Positions 9,492 to 20,495 of a stretch of DNA of 64,000 nucleotides are shown piece by piece. The translations under genes and the position numbers were made by a program. The number at the start of each line of letters is the position of its first letter. Position 1 is the first letter of the stretch. Under the pieces are notes generated by a model, which was given only the letters and a program-made list of their open reading frames with translations, made no database searches and was not told where the DNA came from. This DNA comes from an uncultured Planctomycetaceae bacterium (GTDB taxonomy: Bacteria > Planctomycetota > Planctomycetia > Planctomycetales > Planctomycetaceae), in the NCBI GenBank assembly GCA_963976765.1, contig CAXBME010000018.1, forward strand, positions 1 through 64,000, in the 5' to 3' direction.

Positions 9492-11104
9492 TTGGCTTCC
9501 AGTTCACGCAGAGAAAGTGAGAAATATCCGAGAAGAGCACACGGCAGAAAATAGCCGACGGTAATCGCGAGTGATGGCAGCATGACTCCGCCCCAGGGGA
9601 CATCAAAGCCGCGGGCAACCCAGTCAGACATCCCGAATGACCTCAGGTCAGGAATGATAAACTTGACCATCCACAGCAAATGCTGAAGCACATGGTCAAA
9701 CAACTGAATGGAAGTCGTCAAAGGGTTTGCCGGAAGTACGGCGGTATCGTTCATGTGAGTCAGAAGTCGATAGACGGACTCTGCAGCGCCACCTCCCGCC
9801 TGCTTCCCTGAAAGGAGCTTGTCAAGAAAGTCGCGTGCGACGACGCCAACAATGATGACGGACGCACTCAACAATGTTGCCACGGGAAATTTCACAAACG
9901 TACTGGCAGTCACACTGAACATGGCGATGATCAGAACCTTCAGCCACACACCAATGACCGCTTTACAGTAACCGGTTGTGAAAGAGCGATCCGGAAGGCG
10001 AATAAAAAAGTCGCCGCGGGAAACGCCCAGATATTGTGCCCTGTCCAGGCATTGCACATGCACGACCAGAGAACCATAAGTGCCAGCTTCGGATGGAATT
10101 GCAAGATCCTTGTAGATGTCGACTTCCTTCTTCTCCAAAGTCTGCTCGTCAGTCCAGATCTGCTTGCGGGCGACATCCATTTCGTTGGTACCAAACTCGT
10201 TAACCTCGAAAGTTGGCAGCGGAACGCGAAGCGATTTTTCTTCGTTGACAAGCACGTACCGAACTCGAATAGAACGGTTCATGTCACCTTTGAAGGTTCT
10301 GAATGCTTCGAAACGACTTTCAAGCTTCAGCGTGTCGGCTTCTTCATTCAGTGGGAAGGTCCAGATACCAGCAGCTCGGGTACCACCCTCAATAAAGCTT
10401 CGTGTTTCATTAACATCGCCGACGTTGACGCCCTTGCCGGGGTTGCCGCTTCGATCAAGGAAGGCAACACCTTCAGGACCAGCGACAGCGTAGACCGGAA
10501 CACGGCAGAACAGTTCGACGTTGTCCGAGACCTGCCGCTGGATCCAGACGTAGCCAACGGCTGACATGATGACGAGAATCATTGTCCCGACACTGGCGAA
10601 CCCAAGCATGCGGCCCAGTACGACTTCGTTTCGGCGAACCGGTTTGGTAACGACCGTGTGCAGTGACCGGATACGAATGTCTTCTGGAAGGCCCCAGCAC
10701 GACAACAGCAGCACGACCGGCAGAACCAGCCAGTTCATCGCAATGAAGACGAACGCTACGAAGTTTTTGACCTGCATGTCCGGTCGGGCTGACGGGCTCG
10801 CCATAAACCAGCTGGCAAACATGAAGAGAACGGCAAAGACAACAAAGACCAGAAGGGCCTTCTTACGAATCGACTCCTTAAAGGTCAGCAGTGCGATCGC
10901 GTAAATGCGGCGAGGCGACGGAGAAATGAACTCTTTGAATCCCCGCAGAGTGCCGGCAAAGACTCGTCCGGGACCTGCCGCGCCATAGAGTGGAAAGGAC
11001 GTCGCAAGGGCAACGAGAAGAAATAGAACGATGAACGAACATCCGACAGTGGCCCATAGGCCAATGCCGAACAGCAGTTCGAAATCTACGGGTTGTAAAC
11101 TCAT
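9488..11104 (-). CDS. ABC-2 type transporter permease with large extracytoplasmic loop
   Basis: IALLTFKESIR, LPEDI..RSLHTVVTKPVRR.EVVLGR, multiple TM helices. Confidence 0.85.
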   Translation of the reverse strand: MSLQPVDFELLFGIGLWATVGCSFIVLFLLVALATSFPLYGAAGPGRVFAGTLRGFKEFISPSPRRIYAIALLTFKESIRKKALLVFVVFAVLFMFASWFMASPSARPDMQVKNFVAFVFIAMNWLVLPVVLLLSCWGLPEDIRIRSLHTVVTKPVRRNEVVLGRMLGFASVGTMILVIMSAVGYVWIQRQVSDNVELFCRVPVYAVAGPEGVAFLDRSGNPGKGVNVGDVNETRSFIEGGTRAAGIWTFPLNEEADTLKLESRFEAFRTFKGDMNRSIRVRYVLVNEEKSLRVPLPTFEVNEFGTNEMDVARKQIWTDEQTLEKKEVDIYKDLAIPSEAGTYGSLVVHVQCLDRAQYLGVSRGDFFIRLPDRSFTTGYCKAVIGVWLKVLIIAMFSVTASTFVKFPVATLLSASVIIVGVVARDFLDKLLSGKQAGGGAAESVYRLLTHMNDTAVLPANPLTTSIQLFDHVLQHLLWMVKFIIPDLRSFGMSDWVARGFDVPWGGVMLPSLAITVGYFLPCALLGYFSLSLRELEAK

Positions 11105-11286
11105 GGGCTTAATTCCGGAGGCTGCAACAGCCAGAAGCGACTAACGCTGTTGCCGGCATTGTTGTCGGTTGAGTTGCGGGAACGGGTTCAATGAGCATTC
11201 ATCTCGTCGAGGCTGAAGGTGATGTCCGAATCCGGTTGGCGGTCAGCCAACCTTACACTCGCCATGACATTAAGCCTCAGCATTAC

Positions 11287-12198
11287 TCAGGAACCGGAGT
11301 CCGCAGTCTCAGATTCGGACGCGGGAATGTAGCGCTGACCTGGACGGTCTTTACTGCGCTGAATCGTCCGCATGAAGAGGTCTTCCAGACTGCTTGTCGG
11401 ATGCCCGCACGTCTTGAGAGACGCTCCGTGCTTGTCGAGAACCGCCTTGATTTCATCCACCGCCGTGTCATCAAGGTGCGACGTGACAAGCTGCGTTTCG
11501 TTGTGTTCTTTCAGCAGGTCGTCAACACGGCCCAGCTCTTTCAGTTCGCCGCCGTAGAGAATGGCGATGCGGTCGCAGACGTCCTGAACATCGGCCAGCA
11601 AGTGGCTGCACATCACAACTGTCTTTCCACGATCGCGGAGGCTCTCAATCAGCCTCTTCATATCCTGCGACCCTTCGGGATCCAGACCGCTGGTTGGTTC
11701 GTCAAGCAGCACCAGGTCTGGATCATTGATCAGCGCCTGAGCAAGACCAATTCGACGGGTCATCCCTTTGGAGTATTCCTTCAACTGACGTCGTCGAGCG
11801 TGTTGGAGGCCGACCATCTCGATCAGCTCATTCGTTCGTTGCTTGCGAACTTCAGCCGGGATATCAAAAAGTCGCCCGTAAAAGTCGAGCGTCTCTTCCG
11901 CGTTCAAAAAGCGATAGAGGTACGACTCTTCAGGGAGGTACCCGATCCGTTCGTTCTTCGACACGTCCGATGCGGACTTACCGAGGATTGAAATCTCACC
12001 TTCGGTCGGAAAAAGCAACCCGAGCAGCAGCTTCATGGTCGTCGTTTTGCCCGATCCGTTGGGACCAAGCAGCCCGAAAACTTCGCCTTTGTTAACTTCC
12101 AGACTGAGCGAGTTGAGTGCCTGTACTTTTTTGCGGCCCCAGAAGTCTCGATAGGTCTTGGTAAGATTTCGAATCTGAATGACTGGTTCGTCGCTCAT
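11287..12198 (-). CDS. ABC transporter ATP-binding protein
   Basis: Walker [10 protein letters not shown], signature YSKGM, Walker B LLDEP, SH switch. Confidence 0.95.
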   Translation of the reverse strand: MSDEPVIQIRNLTKTYRDFWGRKKVQALNSLSLEVNKGEVFGLLGPNGSGKTTTMKLLLGLLFPTEGEISILGKSASDVSKNERIGYLPEESYLYRFLNAEETLDFYGRLFDIPAEVRKQRTNELIEMVGLQHARRRQLKEYSKGMTRRIGLAQALINDPDLVLLDEPTSGLDPEGSQDMKRLIESLRDRGKTVVMCSHLLADVQDVCDRIAILYGGELKELGRVDDLLKEHNETQLVTSHLDDTAVDEIKAVLDKHGASLKTCGHPTSSLEDLFMRTIQRSKDRPGQRYIPASESETADSGS

Positions 12199-12889
12199 CA
12201 GCTGTTCCTGCCCTGCTCAATTGACGTGTGGAATGAGAACACAAAGTCGCACTGCTTGTTTGCAGCCAACAGAATGAAGCCAAAACGGCTTGAAGAACGC
12301 GTTGCTGGCGACTGACTTTCCGGGATTCAGCAAAAAAATAAGACTGAAATAATGAAGTTAGCCAGACTACAGACAACGTTGCCGGGCATACGCCCGATTC
12401 TTATCAACTGTTTACAAATTTCTGACTCCGATCCGCATTTTCGGGAAAGGGAGTGCAGTTCGAAGATGTGAGTTACTCCGCCGCAACTCGCAGACGCGAA
12501 GGCTATCCGCGAGTGAGCCTGCCGAAGTCAATCCGAGGTCCGGCCACTAATTCAACAAAAGACCGCCAATGTAGGAAGCCTCGCGAGCCGATTCAAGCGC
12601 CGGAAACGCTGGCGTTGGCGTAACTTCAGTCAGAACGTTCGGGTCAGGCTGATTGGGCTGAAAGCAGGGAAACGGCAACTGAATTAACGCTGATCAATGT
12701 CGGCGGGTTTGTCTGCCAACGTCAACGAATTGCGTTGATTCACCTTCTCTGACAGCGACTACCAGGTTGAAGTCAGCCTGTTGAGTCAATTTATTTATGT
12801 TTCCTCGTACGATGCAGTCTGAGTCTAACGCCTTTTTATACGGTGTTCACAAATCTGACAGTTGAGTTGCGAATCTGAAAGGTCATGCG

Positions 12890-13687
12890 ATGAGCGATTC
12901 CCGATTTTCGGTTCAGGACAAAGTTGTACTGGTTTCAGGCGGCAGTCGCGGGATCGGGCGAGCCCTGGCCGCCGGTTTCCACGAGGCTGGTGCCAGAGTC
13001 GTCATCACTGGACGAGATGAGACGACGCTGGCTGTCGCCGCTCGCGAGATTGCCTCAGACGAACGGACGATCGAAACCGTTGTCTGCGATGTTGCCAGCG
13101 TCGAGGCGATTCAGCAGATGGTCGATGGAGTTCACATGAAGTTCGGTCGGATCGACGTTCTGCTGAATGTTGCCGGCGTCAATATTCGCCAGCCAGCGAT
13201 GGACTTTTCGGAGGAGCAGTTTGACTTTGTCGTTGACATTAATTTGAAGGGAGCGTTTTTCGTCGCTCAAAGCGTCGCCCGGCACATGATGCAGCAAGGC
13301 GGCGGCAGCATCGTCAACATTGACTCGCTGAACACCTACGCCCCCCTGAAAAACGTGCTTCCCTACGCCATGAGCAAGGGCGGAGTTGTGATGATGACTC
13401 GTGGGCTGGCCGTTGAAGTCGGTTCGCGAGGCGTCCGGGTCAACACAATCGCTCCCGGATTCATCCTGACGGACCTGACTCAAAAGCTCTGGTCAGATCC
13501 CACCATGCGGGAGTGGGGCGTCACCAATACTCCATTGGGCCGTCTGGGAGACGTGGCCGATCTTGTCGGAGCGGCAATTTTTCTGGCGTCAGACGCAGCA
13601 GCCTTTATGACGGGACAGGTCGTTCGCGTCGACGGCGGATTCACGGCGGGGCTGAACTGGCCAATCCCGGACGGCGGCGGGCAATAG
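12890..13687 (+). CDS. Short-chain dehydrogenase/reductase (SDR)
   Basis: SGGSRGIG, NVAG, YAMSK, VNTIAPG, VDGG. Confidence 0.93.
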   Translation: MSDSRFSVQDKVVLVSGGSRGIGRALAAGFHEAGARVVITGRDETTLAVAAREIASDERTIETVVCDVASVEAIQQMVDGVHMKFGRIDVLLNVAGVNIRQPAMDFSEEQFDFVVDINLKGAFFVAQSVARHMMQQGGGSIVNIDSLNTYAPLKNVLPYAMSKGGVVMMTRGLAVEVGSRGVRVNTIAPGFILTDLTQKLWSDPTMREWGVTNTPLGRLGDVADLVGAAIFLASDAAAFMTGQVVRVDGGFTAGLNWPIPDGGGQ

Positions 13688-13728
13688 TTCGAAACGCTCG
13701 ACTCTCAACTCGCCCCGCGCAAGTCCGA

Positions 13729-13761
13729 GGCCGCCGCGAATTCCCGCAATTCGCGACGGCC
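13729..13761. terminator. Hairpin between convergent SDR and secretin genes
   Basis: CGCGAATT-N5-AATTCGCG core extended by GCCG/CGGC. No long U tract. Confidence 0.45.
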
Positions 13762-13789
13762 CGGCACCCCGAAAATATTCTCTGCGTGG

Positions 13790-16700
13790 TTATTCCAGCG
13801 GAATTCCCAGCAGCTCCTGCTCTTCTTCGTGGATGACGATTCGCGGAGTGACCATCAGCATGATGCTGGATGTTTCGCGACCGACACCCGAGTTCTTGAA
13901 CAGTCGGCTGATGTACGGAATCTTGTTGAGAATCGGCACGCCCGCCATGTTGCGGCCTTCCCTCAGACGTTTGATCCCGCCGAGCAGCACGGTGCCACCG
14001 TCCGGAACACTGACCGAAGTCTGAACCGAAATCGAGGCGATAATCGGCTGCTGAACCGTAGCTGTCGTATTGGCCCCCTGCTGCCCCCGCTGGTTCTGCT
14101 GCCCCTGACCACCCTGGCCGCCGATGCCACCGATACCGCCCATGCCGATGGCGCCATTGGCCGGAAGCTGTCCCATGTTGCGGAGTGGCATCCCGAACTG
14201 CCCCAGCATGCTGGATGAGGACATCGGACCTCGCGGCCCACCCCCAATCCCGCCGAGTCCGGCCAAGCCCTGGCCTCCCTGCCCCACGCCGCCCTGGCCA
14301 CCCTGACCAAGACCACCCTGACCTTGCTGCCCCTGTTGACCGCCACCGCCAGCCTGGCCGCCAGTCTGGCCGCCAAGGAACGAGAAGGTCTGAAGGTCAA
14401 TCAGGTTGTTAAAGAACGGTGCCAGAGCAAGTCGTACAAAGCGACGGTCAGCTGAAATAACAGCCGTCACAGTTAGCGAGATTCCGTCCGGGATAAATCC
14501 GATCTGCGGTGTAAAGCCGACCGAGAAGGCTCCAACAGTTGGTTGCAGACTCAGCACGAATGGTCGGATTGTCTGGTCGAAGATCGTGGCCGTGTCACCG
14601 TTGAACAGCGTGACCTTTGGAGCGAACAGCAGGTTAGATCGTTCATCACCCTGTGCCGCCTGGATGAAGAAGAACGTTTCGATGTCGCTCAGGATGGCAA
14701 GTCCAACCTGCAGACCAGCGTTCGGCTGGAAGTTCCCGAAGTCGGGAACCCCGATGTCGAACGAACCCTGCTGGAAGGCAATATCAAGGTCGTTGGTAAA
14801 TGCTCCCGGTGCTGCCAGACCGATAATTGTCCCATCGCCAGGGTAGCTGTCCCGGTCTGTCAATTCCCGGCGTGGTGCTTGAGTAAAGAACCGCTGAGTG
14901 GCACCTTGCTGAGCCTGTTGCCCCTGCTGCCCCTGTTGACCTTGTTGCCCCTGCTGCTGCTGGCCGCCGCCGCCAATGACCGTACCAAATGCTGGTAGCG
15001 GAACACCCGGTCCACCTTGCTGACCTTGCTGACCTTGCTGGCCACCGCCGCCCTGCTGGCCGCCTTGAGTGGCTCCACCGTCAAAGCCAGGTCCACCAAC
15101 CGAGTCCTGAATGTCGAAGTCGAAGTCGACTCCGATTCGTTCGAAGAAGTTGTCACTGACGTTGACCAGTCGAACTTCAATCGTGACCTGCAGATCCTGG
15201 AGACGTCGAAGCTGATCGAGCAGGTCAGAAATTTCCCGATGAACTTCCTGAGTCTGGCGAATGACCAGCGACAGAGTCGTTTCGTTCGGTCGAATCGTTC
15301 CCAGACCGCCGACTTCCTGCCACGAGTCTGGTTCAACAACCGAAGTCAACAGATCGACCAGCGTGTCAAATTCGAACTGTTCCTGTCCCGAACCGCTCAG
15401 TTGAGCGTTCATGCCCGATCCGCCACCCATCATGAATGGCGACTGAGCTCCCGAGCCGACCTGGAACATCCCCGAGTTTTGAGGCCCACCAACCGATGAA
15501 ACAGACATTTGAGCGTCAGCGTTGAACAGGTTGTTCGTGAAGACGTTGGAAGGTTCGCGAGTTTGACTTCGCATGCGGACCACCAGGTCAGCCACCGGAT
15601 AGGCGGCGGCAACCATTCGCCCCTGCTGGCGAAGTTTGCTTGTAATCTTCAGAACTTCGTTCTCGATGCTGTAGCCAAGGTTGAGCGGCTCAAGAATCAG
15701 ATTCAGAGCACTCTGCACCATGATGTTGTCAACATCGATCGTGACGAGCGTGCTTGTCGTGACGCCTTCCTCTTCGAGAGCCAGTGCGTCGATCGCGACG
15801 TTCGTTCCGGTCGCCGTGCGGACGTAGCGGATGACCTCGATCAGAGGCGTGTCTTCAAAGTGGAGCGAAATCTTATTGCTCAGACTCTCCTCGATCTGCT
15901 TCTCTTCGTCGGTGAAGTTCCGCATGTCACTTCTGCCATACTTGTCGAGACGTCGTTTCGAAATGTCGGCCCAGTCTTCGCTGAAGACCATCGGGTTTTT
16001 GTCACCCACTCGGACGATTGCTCCCTGCTCGACATCGTCAAGCTGTTTCCAGAAGCTCTCTTCTTTCTCATTTCGCAGTTTGTCGTTGCTGTCGTTCCGT
16101 CGAGCGAACATCGCCTTCAATTCCATGTTGACTGCAACGGGATTCTGTGGATCAAGTTCCTTAGCCTGTTTCGCGACAACCTGAGCTTCGGCGTAGCGTC
16201 TTTGTTTGTAAAGCCGGTTGTAGTCGTCAACGAGCGCGGCAAATTCCTGTCCAATTCGGACCTTCGTGTTGATTTCCGTCATGACCTGCTGCTTGACTTC
16301 TTCATTGCGTCGCTGCAGATCGATGATCGGAGCACGTTGTGCCATGTAGCTGTCGACCGACGATCGTGTTCGACGAAGCTGTCGAACCATTGGAGCGACC
16401 TGCTCGCCTTCGAAGCCGGAGTTCTCCAGTTCAGCCATCATGCGATCGAGGATTTCGATGCTCTCATCAGGTCGTTTTTCTTTCAGCGTGTCTGCCCGCA
16501 GAACGGCGTTTTGAACTTCGGTTCGCAGTCGATCAAATTTCAACTGCTCGCGTTGAGCAGCGACGTCGATCGGTCGGGTCGTATTAAATGATGGTGAACC
16601 GGGCACGGCACTTGACTCAGCCGCTGCCAATTGAATTGTCTGCTGACGTCGTGGAGCCAGCTCACGCAGATAATCCTGAAGCTGCTGTGACTTGTACGGG

Positions 16701-19700
16701 TCAAGTTTCTGACCAGACTGCCACGCTTCCAGAAACGCCTGGTAAGCACCGTCGCGGTTGCCCTGCCGAAGCTGGTTTCGACCTTCGTTGTAAAGGCTTT
16801 CTGCCGAGACACCCGACGGATGAATCGTCGTAATGTTGTCGTACGGGTCGCTGTCGCCCGCGAACGAACCGACGGTTGGACTGAAATCAGCGACGGTCGA
16901 CTCGTACGTTGCTGCCGGCTTAATTGTCAGCTGCTGAGGGTTTCCGAAATCAGGCATCGCCGGTGTTGATTCTGACCGGCTGACGTCAGACTGTGCAACG
17001 TTGTTGCTGAGCGGTTCCGGATAATACTCGGACGGCGGGGCGGCAACCGGTTCGCCGGTCGTCGCTGCATTCTGAGTCTGGCTGGTTTGCTGAATGTTTG
17101 AGTTCGATGCAATGTTGACCTGCTGCAAAGCTCGAGTCTCAGCGATGTCGGCCAGCAGTAGTTCCGGACGATCGTCGAACGCTCCGAATGTCAGGTTCAT
17201 ATCTCGAACCTGTCTTGCTTTGTGGGTCGCATCGGTGAAATTTCCAACCGACAGGTCAGTCCGAGCCTGCTTCAAGAGTGACTGAGCCTTCTGACGCTGG
17301 CTCAAATTGCGTTCGACGACTGGATTTGACTGTTCTGCCACCACCTGCCCCACCGGTGCAGGATTCAACTCGGCATAGATGGGAGCGGACTCTGGCCGCG
17401 GCGCCGGTCTGGTCTCTGAGACTTCTGACGGAAGCGGCGAAGCTCCCGAGTTTGAATCCTGAATAACAGGCAGTCCTGGTGACTGGCTGGTCCCTGACGA
17501 AGCCCGATCGATCGCTGCGTAGACATCTTCAGGACGATCAGCGAACAGTTCATAGATAACGTCAAGGCTGTCGGCCTGCTGAGCCAGCGTCTGAGCTTCG
17601 TCGAACCGACCTGCTTTGATCATCTGTCGTGCCTGACCGAGAAGTTCAGCAGCCTGCTGACTTCGAGCAGCGTTCGACGATGGCTGAGCGACTGAACCAA
17701 CAGCCTGCGTCACTTGCGGCTGTTCGCTGCTGGTGCCCGAAAGAAGTTGAGCGGGCTCATCAAACAGGCTGGCTGCCGGTTTCAAAGTTGACTGAGACTG
17801 TGCTGGAGCGGTCGTCTGTGCTGGCGACGACTCGGGCAGGAACGCTGGCCCTTCCGTTGAGTTACCGGTGGCCGGCCGGTCGTTATTCGAAATCAACTCG
17901 GCAGGTTCAGCAAAAGGATTTGATGGTTGCCGTGACGCAGGTGCAGCCGACGGCGTGAACTGCTCCTGCAGCTTTTCGATGTCGGCCATAACGACGTCTG
18001 GCCGTTCATCGAAGAGTGAGTAAGCAGCGTTAAGTGCATCAGCCTGCTGGACCAGATCCTTCGCTTCAGCGAACTTGCTTTGCCGCATCATCGAGCGTGC
18101 AGAACTCAACAGCTTCTGTGCTTTGGCACGTTTCTCTTCCTGAGCAGCCACAGCGACCGTGTTCGGTCCAGCCGGTTTCTGCGACGGATTGATTTCCGGC
18201 AAGGCTGCTGGTTTTGCCTGAGCTGGCTGATTCGACTCTGTCAGCGTCAAGGTTCCAGAAAGCCGGTCGATGTCCCGCAGAACAAGATCAGGCTGATCCG
18301 CGAACAGATCGAACGACGTATTGAGATTTTTAGCACGAATAGCAGAGGCGCGGGCATCGTCAAAACGACCAGCCCTCATCAACTGACGGCTTTCAGCAAC
18401 CAGCTGCTTCGCCAGTTGTTCGTCAGAGATGTTTGTGGTTGACGCTGCCGGCTGTTTCACCGCAGGTCGATCAACGATTTCCATGACCCGATTAGCTGGC
18501 GATGCCGAAGAAGCTGGTTCGGCTGCAAAACCGGCAGGATCAGAAAACGGATTGACAACTGGTTGCGACTGACGGCTGTCACCAGATTGGACCAGCGTTT
18601 CGGTCGGTTGCGGAGACTGCTGCTGCAAACGACGAATCGTTGCCAGCACCTGTTCCGGAGTTTCGTCAAACAGGTTCCAGACCGTATCCACCTGACTGGC
18701 CAGCAATGCCTTTTCATAAGCGGATTCAAGCCGACTGGCTTTCAGGTCTTCCCGAGCCGCACTCAGCAGACCGTCGGCGTACTGTTTTTTGTCAGCAGCC
18801 GATTGCAGGGCAAGCTGTCGATCAGTGCCGGGCTGAGTGGCAGACGCCCGAACTGACGGCTCACGCTCTGCAAACGGGTTTGCTTCCGGCTCTGCGAAAG
18901 GATTCGCATCCACGTTGCGAGCAGGCTGCCCTGATGCGGAACGCTGCGAAGCAGGGGAAAGAAACTCTGGCCCGGTCGCATCGCCGTCAGAAAGGTTGTT
19001 ACTTCCTGAAGCAATCGCGTTGGCCGGATTAGCTGCTTCTGCCGGATTAGCTGCTTCTGAACGAACCCGATTCAAAAACTGATCCGGAGTCTCTTCGCCC
19101 GGCTGAAACTTAATATCGTCAGCCAGCAGGCGAGCAACTGTGGCCTGGCGGATCGCTCCATCGCGGTCTCCTTTCTGCCAGGCGGCACGTGCTCGAGCCA
19201 TGTACTGGTCAACTCGCTGGCGAAGCGGGCTCGCCCCACCGGTCGAACCAGTGACTGCTGACTGTGGCTTTGAATCGTTGAAGCCGGCCTGAGCAATCGT
19301 CGGCTGCGACGACGACGTCGTCATCCCACCGGCTCGAGTGACCAGCTCATCGGAAGACGGCGGCTGAACCTGCACAGCTGGCTGTCGACCGGCAACATTG
19401 GCCGGGTTCAACTGCTGCGGCGGAGCCGACGAACTTCGCTGAAGCTGTGAGAGCAATTGAGTCGGGCTCAACTCATTCGCTGCCCACTTAACTGGAAAGC
19501 GACTGGCCTGCAGAGCAAGCTTTTTCGCTGAGGCACCGTTGCCTCGGCGAGCTTCGCTCTGTGCCTGCTGCATCAGGCGACGGGCGGTCGCGTCATAGGC
19601 ACTCGAGGAACCGGACACGGTGCGTCCAGTCTGAGCGGTCAATGACCTGCCAGTAAGAGTTGGTAACTGCCACCAAACAGTGCCTGTGACGGCAGCGGCA

Positions 19701-19726
19701 ATGAAGAGTCCGGTAAGCTTACGCAA
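13790..19726 (-). CDS. Very large secretin (GspD/PilQ family) with long repeat-containing N-terminal region
   Basis: C-terminal secretin motifs LQVTIEVR, APKVTLFNG, VSVPDGGTVLLGG, VPILNKIPYISRLFKN, LMVTPRI. AGGAGG RBS before TTG. Signal peptide. Confidence 0.92.
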   Translation of the reverse strand: MRKLTGLFIAAAVTGTVWWQLPTLTGRSLTAQTGRTVSGSSSAYDATARRLMQQAQSEARRGNGASAKKLALQASRFPVKWAANELSPTQLLSQLQRSSSAPPQQLNPANVAGRQPAVQVQPPSSDELVTRAGGMTTSSSQPTIAQAGFNDSKPQSAVTGSTGGASPLRQRVDQYMARARAAWQKGDRDGAIRQATVARLLADDIKFQPGEETPDQFLNRVRSEAANPAEAANPANAIASGSNNLSDGDATGPEFLSPASQRSASGQPARNVDANPFAEPEANPFAEREPSVRASATQPGTDRQLALQSAADKKQYADGLLSAAREDLKASRLESAYEKALLASQVDTVWNLFDETPEQVLATIRRLQQQSPQPTETLVQSGDSRQSQPVVNPFSDPAGFAAEPASSASPANRVMEIVDRPAVKQPAASTTNISDEQLAKQLVAESRQLMRAGRFDDARASAIRAKNLNTSFDLFADQPDLVLRDIDRLSGTLTLTESNQPAQAKPAALPEINPSQKPAGPNTVAVAAQEEKRAKAQKLLSSARSMMRQSKFAEAKDLVQQADALNAAYSLFDERPDVVMADIEKLQEQFTPSAAPASRQPSNPFAEPAELISNNDRPATGNSTEGPAFLPESSPAQTTAPAQSQSTLKPAASLFDEPAQLLSGTSSEQPQVTQAVGSVAQPSSNAARSQQAAELLGQARQMIKAGRFDEAQTLAQQADSLDVIYELFADRPEDVYAAIDRASSGTSQSPGLPVIQDSNSGASPLPSEVSETRPAPRPESAPIYAELNPAPVGQVVAEQSNPVVERNLSQRQKAQSLLKQARTDLSVGNFTDATHKARQVRDMNLTFGAFDDRPELLLADIAETRALQQVNIASNSNIQQTSQTQNAATTGEPVAAPPSEYYPEPLSNNVAQSDVSRSESTPAMPDFGNPQQLTIKPAATYESTVADFSPTVGSFAGDSDPYDNITTIHPSGVSAESLYNEGRNQLRQGNRDGAYQAFLEAWQSGQKLDPYKSQQLQDYLRELAPRRQQTIQLAAAESSAVPGSPSFNTTRPIDVAAQREQLKFDRLRTEVQNAVLRADTLKEKRPDESIEILDRMMAELENSGFEGEQVAPMVRQLRRTRSSVDSYMAQRAPIIDLQRRNEEVKQQVMTEINTKVRIGQEFAALVDDYNRLYKQRRYAEAQVVAKQAKELDPQNPVAVNMELKAMFARRNDSNDKLRNEKEESFWKQLDDVEQGAIVRVGDKNPMVFSEDWADISKRRLDKYGRSDMRNFTDEEKQIEESLSNKISLHFEDTPLIEVIRYVRTATGTNVAIDALALEEEGVTTSTLVTIDVDNIMVQSALNLILEPLNLGYSIENEVLKITSKLRQQGRMVAAAYPVADLVVRMRSQTREPSNVFTNNLFNADAQMSVSSVGGPQNSGMFQVGSGAQSPFMMGGGSGMNAQLSGSGQEQFEFDTLVDLLTSVVEPDSWQEVGGLGTIRPNETTLSLVIRQTQEVHREISDLLDQLRRLQDLQVTIEVRLVNVSDNFFERIGVDFDFDIQDSVGGPGFDGGATQGGQQGGGGQQGQQGQQGGPGVPLPAFGTVIGGGGQQQQGQQGQQGQQGQQAQQGATQRFFTQAPRRELTDRDSYPGDGTIIGLAAPGAFTNDLDIAFQQGSFDIGVPDFGNFQPNAGLQVGLAILSDIETFFFIQAAQGDERSNLLFAPKVTLFNGDTATIFDQTIRPFVLSLQPTVGAFSVGFTPQIGFIPDGISLTVTAVISADRRFVRLALAPFFNNLIDLQTFSFLGGQTGGQAGGGGQQGQQGQGGLGQGGQGGVGQGGQGLAGLGGIGGGPRGPMSSSSMLGQFGMPLRNMGQLPANGAIGMGGIGGIGGQGGQGQQNQRGQQGANTTATVQQPIIASISVQTSVSVPDGGTVLLGGIKRLREGRNMAGVPILNKIPYISRLFKNSGVGRETSSIMLMVTPRIVIHEEEQELLGIPLE

Positions 19727-20495
19727 GGTAAGATCCTCCTGGGACCGATCGGCGAGAAATGACTCGGATTAGGGGTGCCTGGCCGGAGCAGCCTTTTGAA
19801 AACAGGTCGAGTACCTGTAACAACGAACTGAACTGGCAGGATAAGTGCGAACAAAACTTTGTGTGATGGACACTCAAAGCGGGAAGCACGAGTGACCTAA
19901 AGATTTTGATTCGCACGAGGAAATGTGTGTTGCGGGAAGTGTTTGAAAGGTAGGAGACGCAGTCAGCTGCCAGGGTAAAGAGTCAATTGAGAAGTGATTT
20001 CGTGACTCAACAACGCACAGAACGGCGTCACTCCCAGGCGGCAGAGCCAAGGTCGAGGCGAGTGATATCCGAATCCGGAAAAACGGGTCAACACCGGACT
20101 TGAAAGATTTCATGTAACCGGTTGAAGAAATGCCAAATCTACGAATTCAGTGGCGAATCACCAGGTTTCGCTGGCGAGCGGCGCATTTGCAGGACACTGT
20201 CTGCGGCGAGAGGGCGGATAAAGATTAAACCATTGAGGACACAAGGAACTCAGAGATGGCTGACTTTGAACGTTCAGGTCGAAGGGGCGAGGGGCGGCAG
20301 AATCCGCATTGAATTTCGCCTATGGAAGCCAGGGAATTCTGTCGAATCTCAGTCCGGATTTCCGCGAAAGAGTTTAATCGACTGCCCCTCGTTCTTCCTT
20401 TACCTCCCGTCTCTCTCTGATCTCGGTGCCCTCTCTGGCAGAAATTCCGCAAAGGTTTGCGTTAAAGCCAGAGTCACTGTCGGCTGTTTGACTGT

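Noticed and set aside
12199..12889. Long divergent intergenic region as ncRNA or small gene
   Set aside because: No convincing ORF, strong hairpin set or known RNA motif recognised.
14040..15080. CTGCTG/CCCTG-rich tracts as non-coding satellite DNA
   Set aside because: They encode the Gly/Gln inserts of the secretin on the minus strand.
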